A DNA stretch of 64,000 bases from Verrucomicrobiia bacterium (GCA_963664225.1 OY760937.1:5472001-5536000), one strand, 5' to 3'; numbered from the stretch's first letter, positions 1 to 10,423 are shown. Numbers and translations are program-made. Notes: a model not told the origin generated them from the sequence alone.

Positions 1-753
1 TTCTATAAATGGCCTTACAGCATGATTGGCCGCCATCAGGAACGGTTGACCCAAAAGCTCTATCGCAATGTGCCTTTTTGGACGGCTTCGAGTTTCACTC
101 GGGACAAGCTTTTGGAAGTCGGGGTCAAAGAGGTCACCCTCATACCCTACGGAGTCGATACTCAGGCCATCGAGCGTCTGGAGGTCAAACACTTAAGACC
201 GCCACTGCGGTTGGTGACGGTGTCCCGTCTTGCGCCCAACAAGCGCGTGGATCACGCGATTCGCACGATGGACTGGCTTTTGAAGAACGATGTGGATTGC
301 GAGATGACCGTGGTGGGCACGGGTGAGGTGGAAGGGGCCATGCGAACGTTGGCGGCGGATTTGGGATTGGAGGACAAGGTGCGATTCACGGGGGCGGTTT
401 CCGAGGAGGCGAAGGATAAAATCCTGCGCGAATCTCATTGGCTGCTGCATACTTCGATGCGTGAAGGGTGGGGGTTGAATGTGATCGAGGCCAATGCGAT
501 GGGCACACCGGCGGCGGTGTATCCGGTGGCTGGTCTGGTCGAATCCACACTTCATGACCAAACGGGACTCATTTCAAGCGCGGAAACGCCTGAGGCTCTG
601 GGAACGTGCATCCGGAATACCATGCGCACGCCTGAGAAATATCAGCGTTACCGCGTGGCGGCCTGGGAACGGGCCAAGACCTATCATTGGAGCCAGGTTC
701 TGCCGATTGCGAGCGCCTGGCTGGAAGAGCAGGCCCAAGTTCCCAGGGAATAA
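1..753 (+). CDS. Glycosyltransferase family 4 (GT-B), 5'-truncated by window edge
   Basis: Frame open from base 1; GT4 motifs VSRLAPNKRVD and EGWGLNVIEANAMGTP. Confidence 0.9.
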   Translation, partial: FYKWPYSMIGRHQERLTQKLYRNVPFWTASSFTRDKLLEVGVKEVTLIPYGVDTQAIERLEVKHLRPPLRLVTVSRLAPNKRVDHAIRTMDWLLKNDVDCEMTVVGTGEVEGAMRTLAADLGLEDKVRFTGAVSEEAKDKILRESHWLLHTSMREGWGLNVIEANAMGTPAAVYPVAGLVESTLHDQTGLISSAETPEALGTCIRNTMRTPEKYQRYRVAAWERAKTYHWSQVLPIASAWLEEQAQVPRE

Positions 754-785
754 GCCTGGCAGGCTTCCCACCGGAGGACCCATTT

Positions 786-1247
786 ATGCCAATCATGCCA
801 ATCGGATCGAAAGATTCCACCAACTGGATTCAAAGCGTATCTGAAATCCATGTGGAAACCAGAGGCCGCGGTTTTTACGAAATCACGGCACCGGTGGAAT
901 CCCTGGTGCGCGAGACGGGAATTACGACCGGCCTGGCGACTTTGCTGGTTCGGCACACCTCGGCGTCGCTTCTGATTCAGGAGAACGCCGATCCCGAAGT
1001 GCGCCGGGATTTGGAGCGTTTTTTTGCCCGACTCGCGCCGGACGGCGACGCGTTGTTCCGGCACACCTCTGAGGGTGAGGACGATATGCCCGCTCATATC
1101 CGGACGGCGTTAACCTGCGTTAATCTGGGCATTCCCATCTTCGAAGGGGGGCTTGCATTGGGCACGTGGCAGGGGATTTATTTGTGGGAACACCGCAAAG
1201 TGCCGCATACTCGCAGCGTGGTGGTGCATATCTTTGGAGCCTGTTGA
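786..1247 (+). CDS. yjbQ: YjbQ/UPF0047 family protein
   Basis: HTSASL, HxxEGxDDMPAH and LGTWQGIYLWEHR motifs; GGAGG upstream of ATG 786. Confidence 0.9.
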   Translation: MPIMPIGSKDSTNWIQSVSEIHVETRGRGFYEITAPVESLVRETGITTGLATLLVRHTSASLLIQENADPEVRRDLERFFARLAPDGDALFRHTSEGEDDMPAHIRTALTCVNLGIPIFEGGLALGTWQGIYLWEHRKVPHTRSVVVHIFGAC

Positions 1248-1374
1248 AATTTGGGTCTTCGAACGGACACCACAAAACTGAGTGGGTGTGCTGTGTTTCT
1301 GGCAGGGAGAATTCGTCCCCGGGATTGAGCCTTTTTGACTTTTGTTTTTTGAAGAATTTGCGCTTACTCAAAGC

Positions 1375-2430
1375 GTGATCGATCAACAGGCCAATTTGGA
1401 AAGTATTTTGCCTTCGCTGCGTGCGGCGACGTGGATTGCCGTGGATACGGAGGCGGACAGCCTGCATTCCTATCCCGAGAAGCTTTGTCTGCTTCAATTA
1501 AGCACTCCGGCCGGGGATATTCTGATCGATCCACTGGCTGGCCTCGATCTGGCGCCGCTGATCGATATCCTGCGTCCCCATGAGCTGATTTTGCATGGAG
1601 CGGATTACGATTTGCGATTGTTGTGGCGGACTTTTGGTTTCTCACCGGGGGCGGTTTTCGACACGATGCTGGCCGCGCGTTTTTTGGGGATGCAGGAATT
1701 TGGATTGCATCACCTGGTTCAAAAATACATGGGTGTCGAACTGGAGAAAGGGCCGCAGAAAGCCAATTGGAGCCGTCGTCCGCTTACAGAGAAAATGACG
1801 TTCTACGCGATGTGCGACACGAAGTATCTAAAGCCGATGGCGGATATCCTGCGGGAAGAATTGGCTCAAAAGGGCCGGTTAGCATGGCACCAGGAGGCGT
1901 GCGCCCGATTGATCGTGGAATGTGCCCAGCCTCGATCGAAGGATCCCGATCTGGCATGGCGCATCAAGGGGAACGAAAGATTGTCACGCAAAGGATTGGC
2001 GGTGCTCCGCGCGTTGTGGCATTGGCGCGAAATGGAGGCGGTGGAGGCGAATAAACCACCTTATTTCGTGCTCAGTCATGAATTAATGGTACAAATTGCC
2101 GATGCCCCGTCCCTGGATGCCCTGGAGGGTTTGTTGCCGCCCCATATGAGTGCGCGGCGGTGTGAGGGGATTGTCCAGGCGTTTAAGAAAGGCCATGCGG
2201 TGGAGTTGCGCGCACTACCGGATAGAATCCACAATCACGCCCCGCGCGTCACGATCGCGCAGAATCGCAAGTTCGAGATTTTGCGCGCGCGCCGGGACCA
2301 GAAGGCGACAGAGCTGAACCTGGACCCTTCGTTTCTGGCCAGTCGGGCGATGCTGTTGGAAACCGCGTGCGACGGCGAGGTGGCCGCGAGCGCGATGATG
2401 GCCTGGCAACGCGACTTGTTATTGTCGTAG
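1375..2430 (+). CDS. rnd: Ribonuclease D family 3'-5' exonuclease with HRDC domain
   Basis: DEDDy motifs AVDTEAD, HGADYD, YAMCD; NWSRRPL; C-terminal HRDC-like region; GTG start inferred. Confidence 0.88.
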   Translation: MIDQQANLESILPSLRAATWIAVDTEADSLHSYPEKLCLLQLSTPAGDILIDPLAGLDLAPLIDILRPHELILHGADYDLRLLWRTFGFSPGAVFDTMLAARFLGMQEFGLHHLVQKYMGVELEKGPQKANWSRRPLTEKMTFYAMCDTKYLKPMADILREELAQKGRLAWHQEACARLIVECAQPRSKDPDLAWRIKGNERLSRKGLAVLRALWHWREMEAVEANKPPYFVLSHELMVQIADAPSLDALEGLLPPHMSARRCEGIVQAFKKGHAVELRALPDRIHNHAPRVTIAQNRKFEILRARRDQKATELNLDPSFLASRAMLLETACDGEVAASAMMAWQRDLLLS

Positions 2431-3672
2431 GATTTTGGCTGCATCAGCGGCCGGGATCACACTTTCCGCGCGGTCGGACAGTTTTTTCACGCGCAACATC
2501 CACGCACTGTCTTCGCCTTTTTCGAGGCGGATCGTGCGCGCGGCTTTGCAATCGAGGGCGCGCTTGAATTGTTTGTCGGATTTCGCGGGAGTCAATGGAT
2601 AGTCCACGGACAGACCGGCGACACGCAGGTCATGAATCAGGCGCAGAGACTCGGTGCGGAGCGATTCGTCCTCGATCAGACAAAAGGCGTCGAGGCGGGC
2701 ATTGAACTGGGGAAGCAATCCGCGCTTTTTGAGCAATTCGGTCAGCACCACGTCACCCATGCCGAAGCCGATGGCCGAGACTTGGACTTTGCCGCCGGTG
2801 ATGAGACTGACGAGGTGGTCATAACGGCCTCCTCCGGCTATGGCGCGGAACTCGCCTTTCTTATCGAAGGCTTCAAACACGGCTCCGGTATAATAGGCCA
2901 GCCCGCGAATGATGTTATAGTCGATTTTAACAAAATCAGACAAACCACAGGCCCGGAGGTGGTCCAACACAGATTGCAGGGCCGGTGTAGGCTCGGCGGC
3001 GTGAATGAATTTCTGAATGTCCTCCATCGTGAACCCGAGAGCCGCGAGTTTTTCGGCGCTTTCGGCCGGATCGTCGCGTTCGAGTTTGTCGATGATTTGA
3101 TAAAACTCGTATTCCCTGGCCGTATCGGTGCAGCGAAGGGCAAAAAAATCGTGCCAAGCATGGCGACTGCTGAGGCGAATGACAAAATCATCGGACGTGA
3201 GACCGAAGGAGCGGAGGACGTCGATCAACAGACAAATCAACTCGGCATCCGCAGAGGGATCGGTTTCGCCAAGAAGGTCCGCATTGAATTGAAAGTGCTC
3301 GCGCAAACGTCCCGCCTGCTGGCGCTCGTATCGGAAGAGTTGTGGAATGGCGAACCACTTGACAGGTTTTTTATAGTTGCGTTCGTGAGCGCCGATCATG
3401 CGGGCGAGGGTGGGGGTCATTTCCGGCCGGAGCGCGATTTCCCTATTGCCTTTGTCGGAAAAGTTGTAAAGCTGCCCAACGATTTCGGCGCCGCTTTTTA
3501 ATGTGTAAAGTTCAAGAGATTCCAGCGGAGGGCCATCATATTCCCTGAAACCATAACCGCAGGCGGTCGCACGCCATTTGTCGAAGATAAAATTGCGAAC
3601 ATCGGCGCTCCATACGTCCTGATTGGGGAGAGGCTCCGGGTAAAAATCACGAAAACCACGTAATCGTTCCAT
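2419..3672 (-). CDS. hisS: Histidine--tRNA ligase
   Basis: GFRDFYP, LRPEMT, FRYERQQAGRLREHFQ, RGLAYYTG and GGGRYD motifs. Confidence 0.96.
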   Translation of the reverse strand: MERLRGFRDFYPEPLPNQDVWSADVRNFIFDKWRATACGYGFREYDGPPLESLELYTLKSGAEIVGQLYNFSDKGNREIALRPEMTPTLARMIGAHERNYKKPVKWFAIPQLFRYERQQAGRLREHFQFNADLLGETDPSADAELICLLIDVLRSFGLTSDDFVIRLSSRHAWHDFFALRCTDTAREYEFYQIIDKLERDDPAESAEKLAALGFTMEDIQKFIHAAEPTPALQSVLDHLRACGLSDFVKIDYNIIRGLAYYTGAVFEAFDKKGEFRAIAGGGRYDHLVSLITGGKVQVSAIGFGMGDVVLTELLKKRGLLPQFNARLDAFCLIEDESLRTESLRLIHDLRVAGLSVDYPLTPAKSDKQFKRALDCKAARTIRLEKGEDSAWMLRVKKLSDRAESVIPAADAAKILRQ

Positions 3673-3695
3673 TTTTAGAATCTCTTTCGGGCAAT

Positions 3696-3742
3696 AAAAA
3701 AGGCGCCCATCGGATATTTCCACCGCGACCTGGAGCGCCTTT
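3696..3742 (-). terminator. Probable intrinsic terminator after the HU gene
   Basis: Minus strand AAAGGCGC...GCGCCTTTTTT stem followed by a U-tract. Confidence 0.55.
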
Positions 3743-3754
3743 GAAAATCAAAAA

Positions 3755-4069
3755 TCAATCAGCCTTGTTTTTTTCTATCTCTTCGGGAGTCAATTTGATG
3801 ACGGTTTCCCGCATTTCCTTCCCCGCCTTGAATTTGACGACGGAGCGGGGTGGTATCCGCACGTCATTGGTCGGGGCGTTGGGATTGCGGCCCACGCGGG
3901 CTTTTCGCAATTTAACCTCAAACACACCGAAATTCCGTAGTTCCACTTTCTTTCCCTGGGCGAGGGCCTCGGAAATATAATCAAAAGTTTTTTGAATGAC
4001 GGCCAGTACCTTTTGTTGTACCTCGCCGGTTTCTTCACTAATCCGCACAACCAAGTCGCGTTTTGTCAT
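3755..4069 (-). CDS. HU/IHF family DNA-binding protein
   Basis: MTKRDLV, VELRNFGVFEV, ARVGRNP, VVKFKAGK. Confidence 0.95.
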   Translation of the reverse strand: MTKRDLVVRISEETGEVQQKVLAVIQKTFDYISEALAQGKKVELRNFGVFEVKLRKARVGRNPNAPTNDVRIPPRSVVKFKAGKEMRETVIKLTPEEIEKNKAD

Positions 4070-4119
4070 AAGCCGTTTAGTTTGGGTTAGACGAATAGCT
4101 GCATATCTACTCCTCCAAT

Positions 4120-4148
4120 TAACTACACTCCAAAACCATTGCGGTCAA
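4120..4148 (-). promoter_or_regulatory. Possible sigma70 promoter for the HU gene
   Basis: Minus strand TTGACC-17 nt-TAGTTA with TG immediately before the -10 box. Confidence 0.4.
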
Positions 4149-4275
4149 GCAAGTAATGAAAATATTTCAGAGGACAACCTGACGGACGGAGACCGGGATC
4201 GTCCGGCGACAGGAAAACCTGGTTCCATTTGCTTGTTCCTGGTGATCAACGGCCTGGAGTCGAACCGCAATTCAA

Positions 4276-4662
4276 TCAGCCGCCAATTAATGCAGCATAG
4301 GCTTCGGGTGTCAGTAAAGATTCAGTCTCGCCGGGGTGTGACATCTTGACCTTGATAAGCCAGCCTTGCTCATAAGGGGAGGTGTTGACCAGAGCGGGAT
4401 TGGCTGAGAGTTGGTCATTTACTGCGATTATTTCACCGTTGACCGGCGCATAAATGTCGCTTGCCGTTTTTACCGACTCCACGACGGCAAAGGTCTCGCC
4501 GGCTTTCACGATACGGCCTTTTGCGGGGAGTTCGATGAACACCACATCGGTGAGTTCGTGTTGAGCGTGGTCTGTGATTCCGATGGTGGCGATACCGTCG
4601 GCTGCTTGAAGCCATTCGTGGGATTTGGCGAAGCGCAAATTCTTGGGAATATTAGATGCCAT
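4276..4662 (-). CDS. gcvH: Glycine cleavage system H protein
   Basis: [24 protein letters not shown] lipoyl-lysine motif. Confidence 0.97.
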   Translation of the reverse strand: MASNIPKNLRFAKSHEWLQAADGIATIGITDHAQHELTDVVFIELPAKGRIVKAGETFAVVESVKTASDIYAPVNGEIIAVNDQLSANPALVNTSPYEQGWLIKVKMSHPGETESLLTPEAYAALIGG

Positions 4663-4722
4663 AAACGCGTTTTGGATGTTCTTGGGGATTCAGATTCGAT
4701 TTGAAATGATGGGGTGTGGGGA

Positions 4723-5868
4723 TCAAACCGGGTTTTTATAGATGGGTCTTTTGACAACGACAGCGGGAGCCATTTGACCTCGAATTTCCACAGCCAATGG
4801 CGTGCCTGGAGCCGCATGCGACGGCGGCACATAAGCCATGCCAATTCCAATGCCCAATGAAGGACTTTGGGTGCCGCTGACCACCCGGCCAATTTGTGCG
4901 GCTCCGGGACCAAGGGTCCATATGGCGTATTGCGGACGGGGCGGGGCGGATTTGCCGGTCATTTTAAAGCCGACCAGTTGTCTGGGAATGCCGGTTTCCT
5001 TCTGATGAACCAAGGCTTCGCGTCCGATAAACTCAGGTTTTTCAAGGGCGACGAACCGTCCCAGACACGCTTCCAAAGGAGAAGTGTTCTCGTCCAATTC
5101 ATGGCCGTAGAGAGGATAGCCCGCCTCCGTGCGAAGGGTATCCCTGGCACCGAGTCCGGCAGCTTTAAGGCCCAACGCGGTTCCTGCAGCCAGCAGATGA
5201 TTCCACAGAGATTCGATTTTTTCGGCTGGAGCGAATATTTCAAAGCCGTCCTCGCCTGTGTACCCCGTGGAGGCCACCCAAACGGAACTGCCGTCAAAGA
5301 GATAGCTGCCAATCTGATTTTTTGCGAGCCGACTGGCTGGGCCAGTGAGACATGGATTTGACGTGTTTGGGGTCAGGTCCGTATCGATAAAATCTCTGGA
5401 TCGGGGCCCCTGCAAGGCGATGGCTCCGAATTTACGGCAGAAATCTTCCAAAAGCACACCGTTGCCCCCTGAAAAAGCAACAAGTTGAGCGCGGATCCAC
5501 GCCATGTCTGTTTCTGCACGGGAGGCATTGATAATCAACCAATAGCGATCAGGAGCGACGCAATAAACGATGAGATCGTCGATGGTGCCGCCTTGAGGAT
5601 TGCAGAGCAAGGTATATTGCCCATGGCCCACGGTCAGTTTACAGATGTCGTTGGTGAGGAGTTTATTGAGAAAGGATTTGCCTTGCGGGCCGCTGACGCA
5701 TGCCTGGCCCATGTGTGAAATGTCAAAAAGCCCGGCGGCTGTTCGAACGGCCTGATGTTCGTCGATGATGCCGGAATATTGCACCGGCATTTCCCAGCCG
5801 CCAAAATCGACCATGCGACCTCCCAGGCGAAGGTGCGCGGCATGGAGTGGTGTTCGTTTCAACGACAT
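4723..5868 (-). CDS. gcvT: Glycine cleavage system aminomethyltransferase T
   Basis: [40 protein letters not shown]. Confidence 0.97.
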   Translation of the reverse strand: MSLKRTPLHAAHLRLGGRMVDFGGWEMPVQYSGIIDEHQAVRTAAGLFDISHMGQACVSGPQGKSFLNKLLTNDICKLTVGHGQYTLLCNPQGGTIDDLIVYCVAPDRYWLIINASRAETDMAWIRAQLVAFSGGNGVLLEDFCRKFGAIALQGPRSRDFIDTDLTPNTSNPCLTGPASRLAKNQIGSYLFDGSSVWVASTGYTGEDGFEIFAPAEKIESLWNHLLAAGTALGLKAAGLGARDTLRTEAGYPLYGHELDENTSPLEACLGRFVALEKPEFIGREALVHQKETGIPRQLVGFKMTGKSAPPRPQYAIWTLGPGAAQIGRVVSGTQSPSLGIGIGMAYVPPSHAAPGTPLAVEIRGQMAPAVVVKRPIYKNPV

Positions 5869-5896
5869 AAAATATAAATTCGACGGTCAATAATCG

Positions 5897-5933
5897 AAAA
5901 GGGGCGCCATTTAAACTCTGGATGGCACCCCCC
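5897..5933 (-). terminator. Probable intrinsic terminator
   Basis: Minus strand GGGGTGCCAT...ATGGCGCCCC followed by TTTT. Confidence 0.55.
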
Positions 5934-5967
5934 GTAAAGCACTAAAAATCGCAGTGTCGCGGTCGTC

Positions 5968-7251
5968 TTATTTTGCCCCAACTTCAAAGCAGCCGCCCTC
6001 AGCGGTGCTGCGCGTATAGATTCGACCGTTGCTCAATGCCGGGGTGCTCCAGCATTTGCCGGTGACCGCTTTGAAACGCGCAACTTCGCTGTAGGCAGCC
6101 GAATCTGCTTTGACGAGCACGAGCTCGCCCTGGTCATTCAAGACGATGAGATGGCCCTCTGCCAGGATCACACCGCCGGGGCCGAAGCCTTCTTTGGACC
6201 ACACTTCGTTGCCTGTGGCGATATCGATGCATTTGAGGGCGCCTTTGCCAAATTCCTTAAAGCTAATCAGCCCGTAAAGATAGCCATTGGAATAGAGTGG
6301 GGTGCTCCAGTGGCTGATGATCTTGTTGGGTTTGCGCCATATTTCGGTGGCGGTGAAGGCGTCACCCGATTTGGTGATTTTCGCAGCGCCAGCGCCCACG
6401 CCATAACCGGCGGAGCAGTAAACGATGTCGCCGCCCACAACGGGGGATGCAGCGGTCGAGACGTTATAGGGGAATTTATACCGCCAGAGAACTTTGCCCG
6501 TGGCCGGTTCCACAGAAACCAATCCGGACTGGGAGAAGAAGATGACCTGCCGAGTGCCAAGAATGGTTGCAGCAATCGGATTGGCATGGGTCATTTTATC
6601 ATCTTCCGCAGCCCAAGCCAGGGCGCCATCTTTTTTGTTAAAGGCCATGAGGCACTTGCCGGGCGCAGTGCTGTTGACGAAAACCAGGTCGCCCTCGATT
6701 AACGGGGAGGCGGCGCTTTGCCACTGAATCATTTTGCCGCCGTATTCTTTCTGGATGTCCTTGGACCAAATGGTTTTGCCCGAGGCGATGTCAAAACAAA
6801 ACAGACCTTGTTGAGCGCTCAAAACATAGACCCGGTCACCGTCCACCGAGGGCGTGGAACGGGGGCCGTCACCGCCCCTGTTTTCCTTGGTGCCGTCATC
6901 GCCGCCGCCATCGTATTTGGCAGCTCCGACAGTGGCGGCCCAAAGTTCCTTTCCCGAATCCGCGTCCAAGGCGACGCAAACTTCCTGATCGGCTCCGTCG
7001 ATATTGCGGCGCACGAGAGTGAAAGCCTTGCCCTGGCCGACGGTGAAGGAGCTGAAACCCGTTGGGGTGGGTGTTTTCCAGACGGTCTTCAGTCCGTCTG
7101 CAGGCCATTGGGTGAGGATTTTTTCCGAAGATACGGCATCATGGTTTGATCCGCGGTATTGAGTCCAATCGGCGGCATTTACCAGGCTTGCTTGCACGAG
7201 AATTCCGGCGGCAAGCAAACCGGTAAATCTAAATTTTGAGTCGAATATCAT
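5968..7251 (-). CDS. Secreted PQQ-binding-like beta-propeller repeat protein
   Basis: Signal peptide, DWTQYRG, repeated A(L/F)DxxxGxxxW blades, GPRSTP. Confidence 0.88.
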   Translation of the reverse strand: MIFDSKFRFTGLLAAGILVQASLVNAADWTQYRGSNHDAVSSEKILTQWPADGLKTVWKTPTPTGFSSFTVGQGKAFTLVRRNIDGADQEVCVALDADSGKELWAATVGAAKYDGGGDDGTKENRGGDGPRSTPSVDGDRVYVLSAQQGLFCFDIASGKTIWSKDIQKEYGGKMIQWQSAASPLIEGDLVFVNSTAPGKCLMAFNKKDGALAWAAEDDKMTHANPIAATILGTRQVIFFSQSGLVSVEPATGKVLWRYKFPYNVSTAASPVVGGDIVYCSAGYGVGAGAAKITKSGDAFTATEIWRKPNKIISHWSTPLYSNGYLYGLISFKEFGKGALKCIDIATGNEVWSKEGFGPGGVILAEGHLIVLNDQGELVLVKADSAAYSEVARFKAVTGKCWSTPALSNGRIYTRSTAEGGCFEVGAK

Positions 7252-7378
7252 GGGTTCTTTTTACCGCCAAATCTCCGGTGGTGTAAAGAGTGGATATTCT
7301 GGCGTAGGCTGCTGCGCGGCTCGAAGGGTTGGTGGGGATGCTGATGCCAAGGGTGCGGTCGCGCGCGATCGGGGCAAA

Positions 7379-7864
7379 TTACTGCGCCATTTTAGCGATC
7401 AGACTGGTGGTCGATTTGCCTGGCACCAAGGGCAGGATGACAATGCGTCCCCCGGCGGCTTCAACGGTGCGGCGCTCGGTTTGATCCAAGGTGTCCAGAG
7501 TGTAATCTCCGCCCTTCACGTAGATATCTGGTTGAACGAGTTGGAGAAATTGATCGGCGCGCGTTTCGGAGAAAATGGCGACTCCATCGACGCATTCGAG
7601 GGCTGCGATGACGGTTGCGCGGTCCTGTTCCGAGTTGAGGGGGCGTGTTGGACCTTTAAGGGAGCGGACCGAGGTGTCGCTGTTGAGACCGATTAAAAGC
7701 GCTCCACCCAGATTGCGGGCTGCTTCCAGATAAGTGACATGACCGGCATGGAGGAGGTCGAAGCATCCATTGGTGACGACCAGAGGAGTTCCGCGTTTGC
7801 GCAAAGAGTCCCTCCAATGGGGCAGGTCAGCCAAAGACAGAATCTTTCGGGTTGGATTTAACAT
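7379..7864 (-). CDS. Heptose 1-phosphate adenylyltransferase (stand-alone RfaE/HldE domain II)
   Basis: TNGCFDLLHAGH, GLNSDxSVRxLKGxxRP, VKGGDY, STT. Confidence 0.92.
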   Translation of the reverse strand: MLNPTRKILSLADLPHWRDSLRKRGTPLVVTNGCFDLLHAGHVTYLEAARNLGGALLIGLNSDTSVRSLKGPTRPLNSEQDRATVIAALECVDGVAIFSETRADQFLQLVQPDIYVKGGDYTLDTLDQTERRTVEAAGGRIVILPLVPGKSTTSLIAKMAQ

Positions 7865-7922
7865 GGTACAACCGGTCAAGACTGAAGAATCTCGTAATCG
7901 GAGGTTCTCAAACGACCCAATT

Positions 7923-7948
7923 AAAACGCCCATCCGCCTGGATGGGCG
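7923..7948 (-). terminator. Intrinsic terminator after the small basic ORF
   Basis: Minus strand CGCCCATCC-aggc-GGATGGGCG-TTTT, a perfect 9-bp stem. Confidence 0.65.
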
Positions 7949-7972
7949 CCGCTTCAAAACCAAAAATGCAGG

Positions 7973-8071
7973 CTAGGCCTTCGCAGGCTTGGCCTTGGCG
8001 CCTTCCTTCTTGCGCTTCAGATAGGCTTCACGACGACGGCGTTTAATCGTTTTATTACTTTGTTTGCTCAT
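7973..8071 (-). CDS. 32-aa highly basic small protein MSKQSNKTIKRRRREAYLKRKKEGAKAKPAKA (below the ORF-track cutoff)
   Basis: ATG to TAG frame read by hand; K/R-rich; followed by a terminator hairpin. Confidence 0.7.
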   Translation of the reverse strand: MSKQSNKTIKRRRREAYLKRKKEGAKAKPAKA

Positions 8072-8119
8072 ATCGATCTTTACTTTGCTGACACTATTCT
8101 TTTGTCTAGTGGGAAAAGT

Positions 8120-8650
8120 ATGAAGATTTGGTTTTTACGTTACAACATCTTTTTTTTGGTGGCTATGGCCCTGTTTATGGGCTGCAAGTCCGATTCCCCC
8201 GAAAAAACTGAAAAAAAGAAGCAGGAAAAGGAGCTTTCCACGATTCGCCTGCACATGGAGGTGAATCCAGATGGCACTGATCGGACAACGACCGTCACAG
8301 TGTACCGGGCCAATCCGATGCTTGTGGGAATGTGGCGTGAGGCGTTTCTTGATCAAAGTTATCTGGAGGAGGCGACTGTGGTGGAGGATCCGGGTGGTTA
8401 TTCGATCCGGCTTAAATTCGATTACCCGCGAGGCGCCCGGTTTCTGGAAATGGCCACAACCTCCTATAAAGGCCAGCGCATCATCGTGGAAAGCGCGTTT
8501 CCCGAATTTCGCTGCCTTGCCGCCCCGGTGATCACGCGTCGCATTGTGGATGGGATTTTTGAATTCACGCCCGACGCTTCCCGTGAAGAAACGGAGAGGA
8601 TCGTGCGCGGGTTGAATAATCTTGTTAAGAAAATGAAGAAGGACAAGTAA
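8120..8650 (+). CDS. Lipoprotein resembling a SecD/SecF P1 head subdomain
   Basis: Lipobox-like FMGC; T...G.RI...AAPVI..RI.DG pattern similar to the SecD head. Confidence 0.55.
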   Translation: MKIWFLRYNIFFLVAMALFMGCKSDSPEKTEKKKQEKELSTIRLHMEVNPDGTDRTTTVTVYRANPMLVGMWREAFLDQSYLEEATVVEDPGGYSIRLKFDYPRGARFLEMATTSYKGQRIIVESAFPEFRCLAAPVITRRIVDGIFEFTPDASREETERIVRGLNNLVKKMKKDK

Positions 8651-8760
8651 TTCGAACTATCGTGCAGATTCAGGTCGTGCTGGCGACCGTAGATGATTCA
8701 AGGGGTCCTGTCTGATGTTTCAAAATATAATTAACCAATGAGCGTCCCTGTACGCATAGA

Positions 8761-9783
8761 ATGAGACTTTTAAATTTCAATTGGCTGGCTGGGATATTTT
8801 CCATGGCCCTTCTGTTGTGCGGTGTGAATGGCCAGTCTTTGCGGTTGCCCACCGCCAACACGGCCCTTTACGAATCAGGTGGTGAAGAGCGGTATTTCGT
8901 GGGGACTGTGGGAAAAACCTGGGTCAGCGGGACATTCGGCTGTGTACGATCCAACGGCCAGCAATTGCACGAGGGCATCGATATTCGTTGCATGCAAAGG
9001 GATCGCCGGGGCGAACCAGTGGATCCTGTTTTGGCGACGGCTGGAGGCGAAGTGGCTTATATGAATTTGAAGCAGGGCCTTTCAAATTACGGGAGATATC
9101 TGGTGCTGCGACACCGGATTGACGGTGTAGAGGTGTATTCACTTTATGCGCACTTGAAGGAATTTCGTTCTGGTCTGGCCATGGGCCAGAGAGTGCAAGC
9201 AGGGGAGGTGGTTGCCACGATGGGACGCACGGCCAACACCCAGCAAGGGATTGCCAAGGATCGTGCTCATTTACATTTTGAGCTCAACCTTTTTGTCAAT
9301 GACCGGTTTGCCTCCTGGTTTAAGGGTGCGAATCCCGGCCAACGAAATGATCATGGCCTCTGGAATGGTCAAAACCTGGCTGGCTTGGATCCCCGGTTGG
9401 TTCTGTTGGCCGAAAAAGAGCAGGGCGGTGGATTCAATCTGCTTCAATTTACCCGGAATCAGACGGAGTTGTGCCGGGTTTATGTGCGCAGCACGCACTT
9501 TCCGTGGCTGCGGCGCTATCCGGCGCTCATTCGGCGCAATCCAGTTGCTGAAAAAGAGGGGATTGCCGGATATGAGATCGCTCTGAATTACGCAGGCCTG
9601 CCGTATGAACTCATTCCCAGATCGGCATCGGAGATCAAACCCGGTGGCTCCAAATATCAGCTCCTTGGCGTTAATGAATCCGAGGTGTCGAAAAATCCCG
9701 CGCGCCATCTGGTGGCGCTCCAAGGCGGTCATTGGATTCTGACGACGCACGGACGAAAATTGCTCGATTTGCTGACCTATTGA
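8761..9783 (+). CDS. M23 family metallopeptidase
   Basis: HEGID, YSLYAHL and HLHFE zinc motifs; N-terminal signal. Confidence 0.9.
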   Translation: MRLLNFNWLAGIFSMALLLCGVNGQSLRLPTANTALYESGGEERYFVGTVGKTWVSGTFGCVRSNGQQLHEGIDIRCMQRDRRGEPVDPVLATAGGEVAYMNLKQGLSNYGRYLVLRHRIDGVEVYSLYAHLKEFRSGLAMGQRVQAGEVVATMGRTANTQQGIAKDRAHLHFELNLFVNDRFASWFKGANPGQRNDHGLWNGQNLAGLDPRLVLLAEKEQGGGFNLLQFTRNQTELCRVYVRSTHFPWLRRYPALIRRNPVAEKEGIAGYEIALNYAGLPYELIPRSASEIKPGGSKYQLLGVNESEVSKNPARHLVALQGGHWILTTHGRKLLDLLTY

Positions 9784-9888
9784 AGAGCCACGAGCAATGA
9801 GTAATGTGCAATGGGACGTGGCTAAAGGATCCCGAAGGTGAAGAAAGCCCAAGACGACGGCAAGGCCGCCGTCCTGGGATGAATTAGT

Positions 9889-10313
9889 GGCTCCGAAAGG
9901 GCTATAAGCCGAGTTCTGTCTTCGTTCCACAAGGGAAACGGAGAGGATCATTTATCTAAGCAGCCGTACCCGGGACTCCGGCTTTCGCCTTGAAACGGGC
10001 CGCTTCAAGAGTCCCCTATTTGGCCTTGCACCCGATGGGGTTTTCCGTGCCCCTACAATTACTTGCAGAGCGGTGGGCTTTTACCCCGCCTTTTCACCCT
10101 TACCGATTTGGCAGACGCAGACTCCTGGTTTCCCAGGAACCGCGAAGCCTTGTCGGCGGTTTAATTTTCTGTGGCACTTTCCATCGACGCGCTTTTCAGC
10201 GCAGCCTTCCGCCTGTATCCCTTTTGACAGGGTTAAGCGGCATCGTGCCCTATGGTGTTCGGACTTTCCTCCCCCGGTTTGCACCGGAAGCGATCCTCCA
10301 TCCTTTCGAAGCC
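9889..10313 (-). ncRNA. rnpB: RNase P RNA (bacterial type A)
   Basis: Minus strand GAGGAAAGTCCGAAC...ACAGAACTCGGCTTA with a compensatory P4 change; terminal P1 GGCTTCGAAAGG / CCTTTCGGAGCC. Confidence 0.95.
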
Positions 10314-10423
10314 GGGTGCAAGCTAGGCGCTCCGCGCGTGTAAAGCAAGCAGGGTGAATAGCAAATGCGATATGAAATTGGTAATACCCTGGCTTTCAGC
10401 GAGGAAACGCAGGGATTGAATTC

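Noticed and set aside
2569..3501. Long antisense ORFs (also 11609-12451, 37874-38893, 47439-48128, 9271-9951)
   Set aside because: They are shadow frames opposite well-supported genes and lack motifs.
5869..5967. Glycine riboswitch upstream of gcvT
   Set aside because: The gap is only about 100 nt, is occupied by a terminator-like hairpin, and shows no aptamer consensus.
9990..10357. ORFs over 9990-10357
   Set aside because: The region is the RNase P RNA gene.
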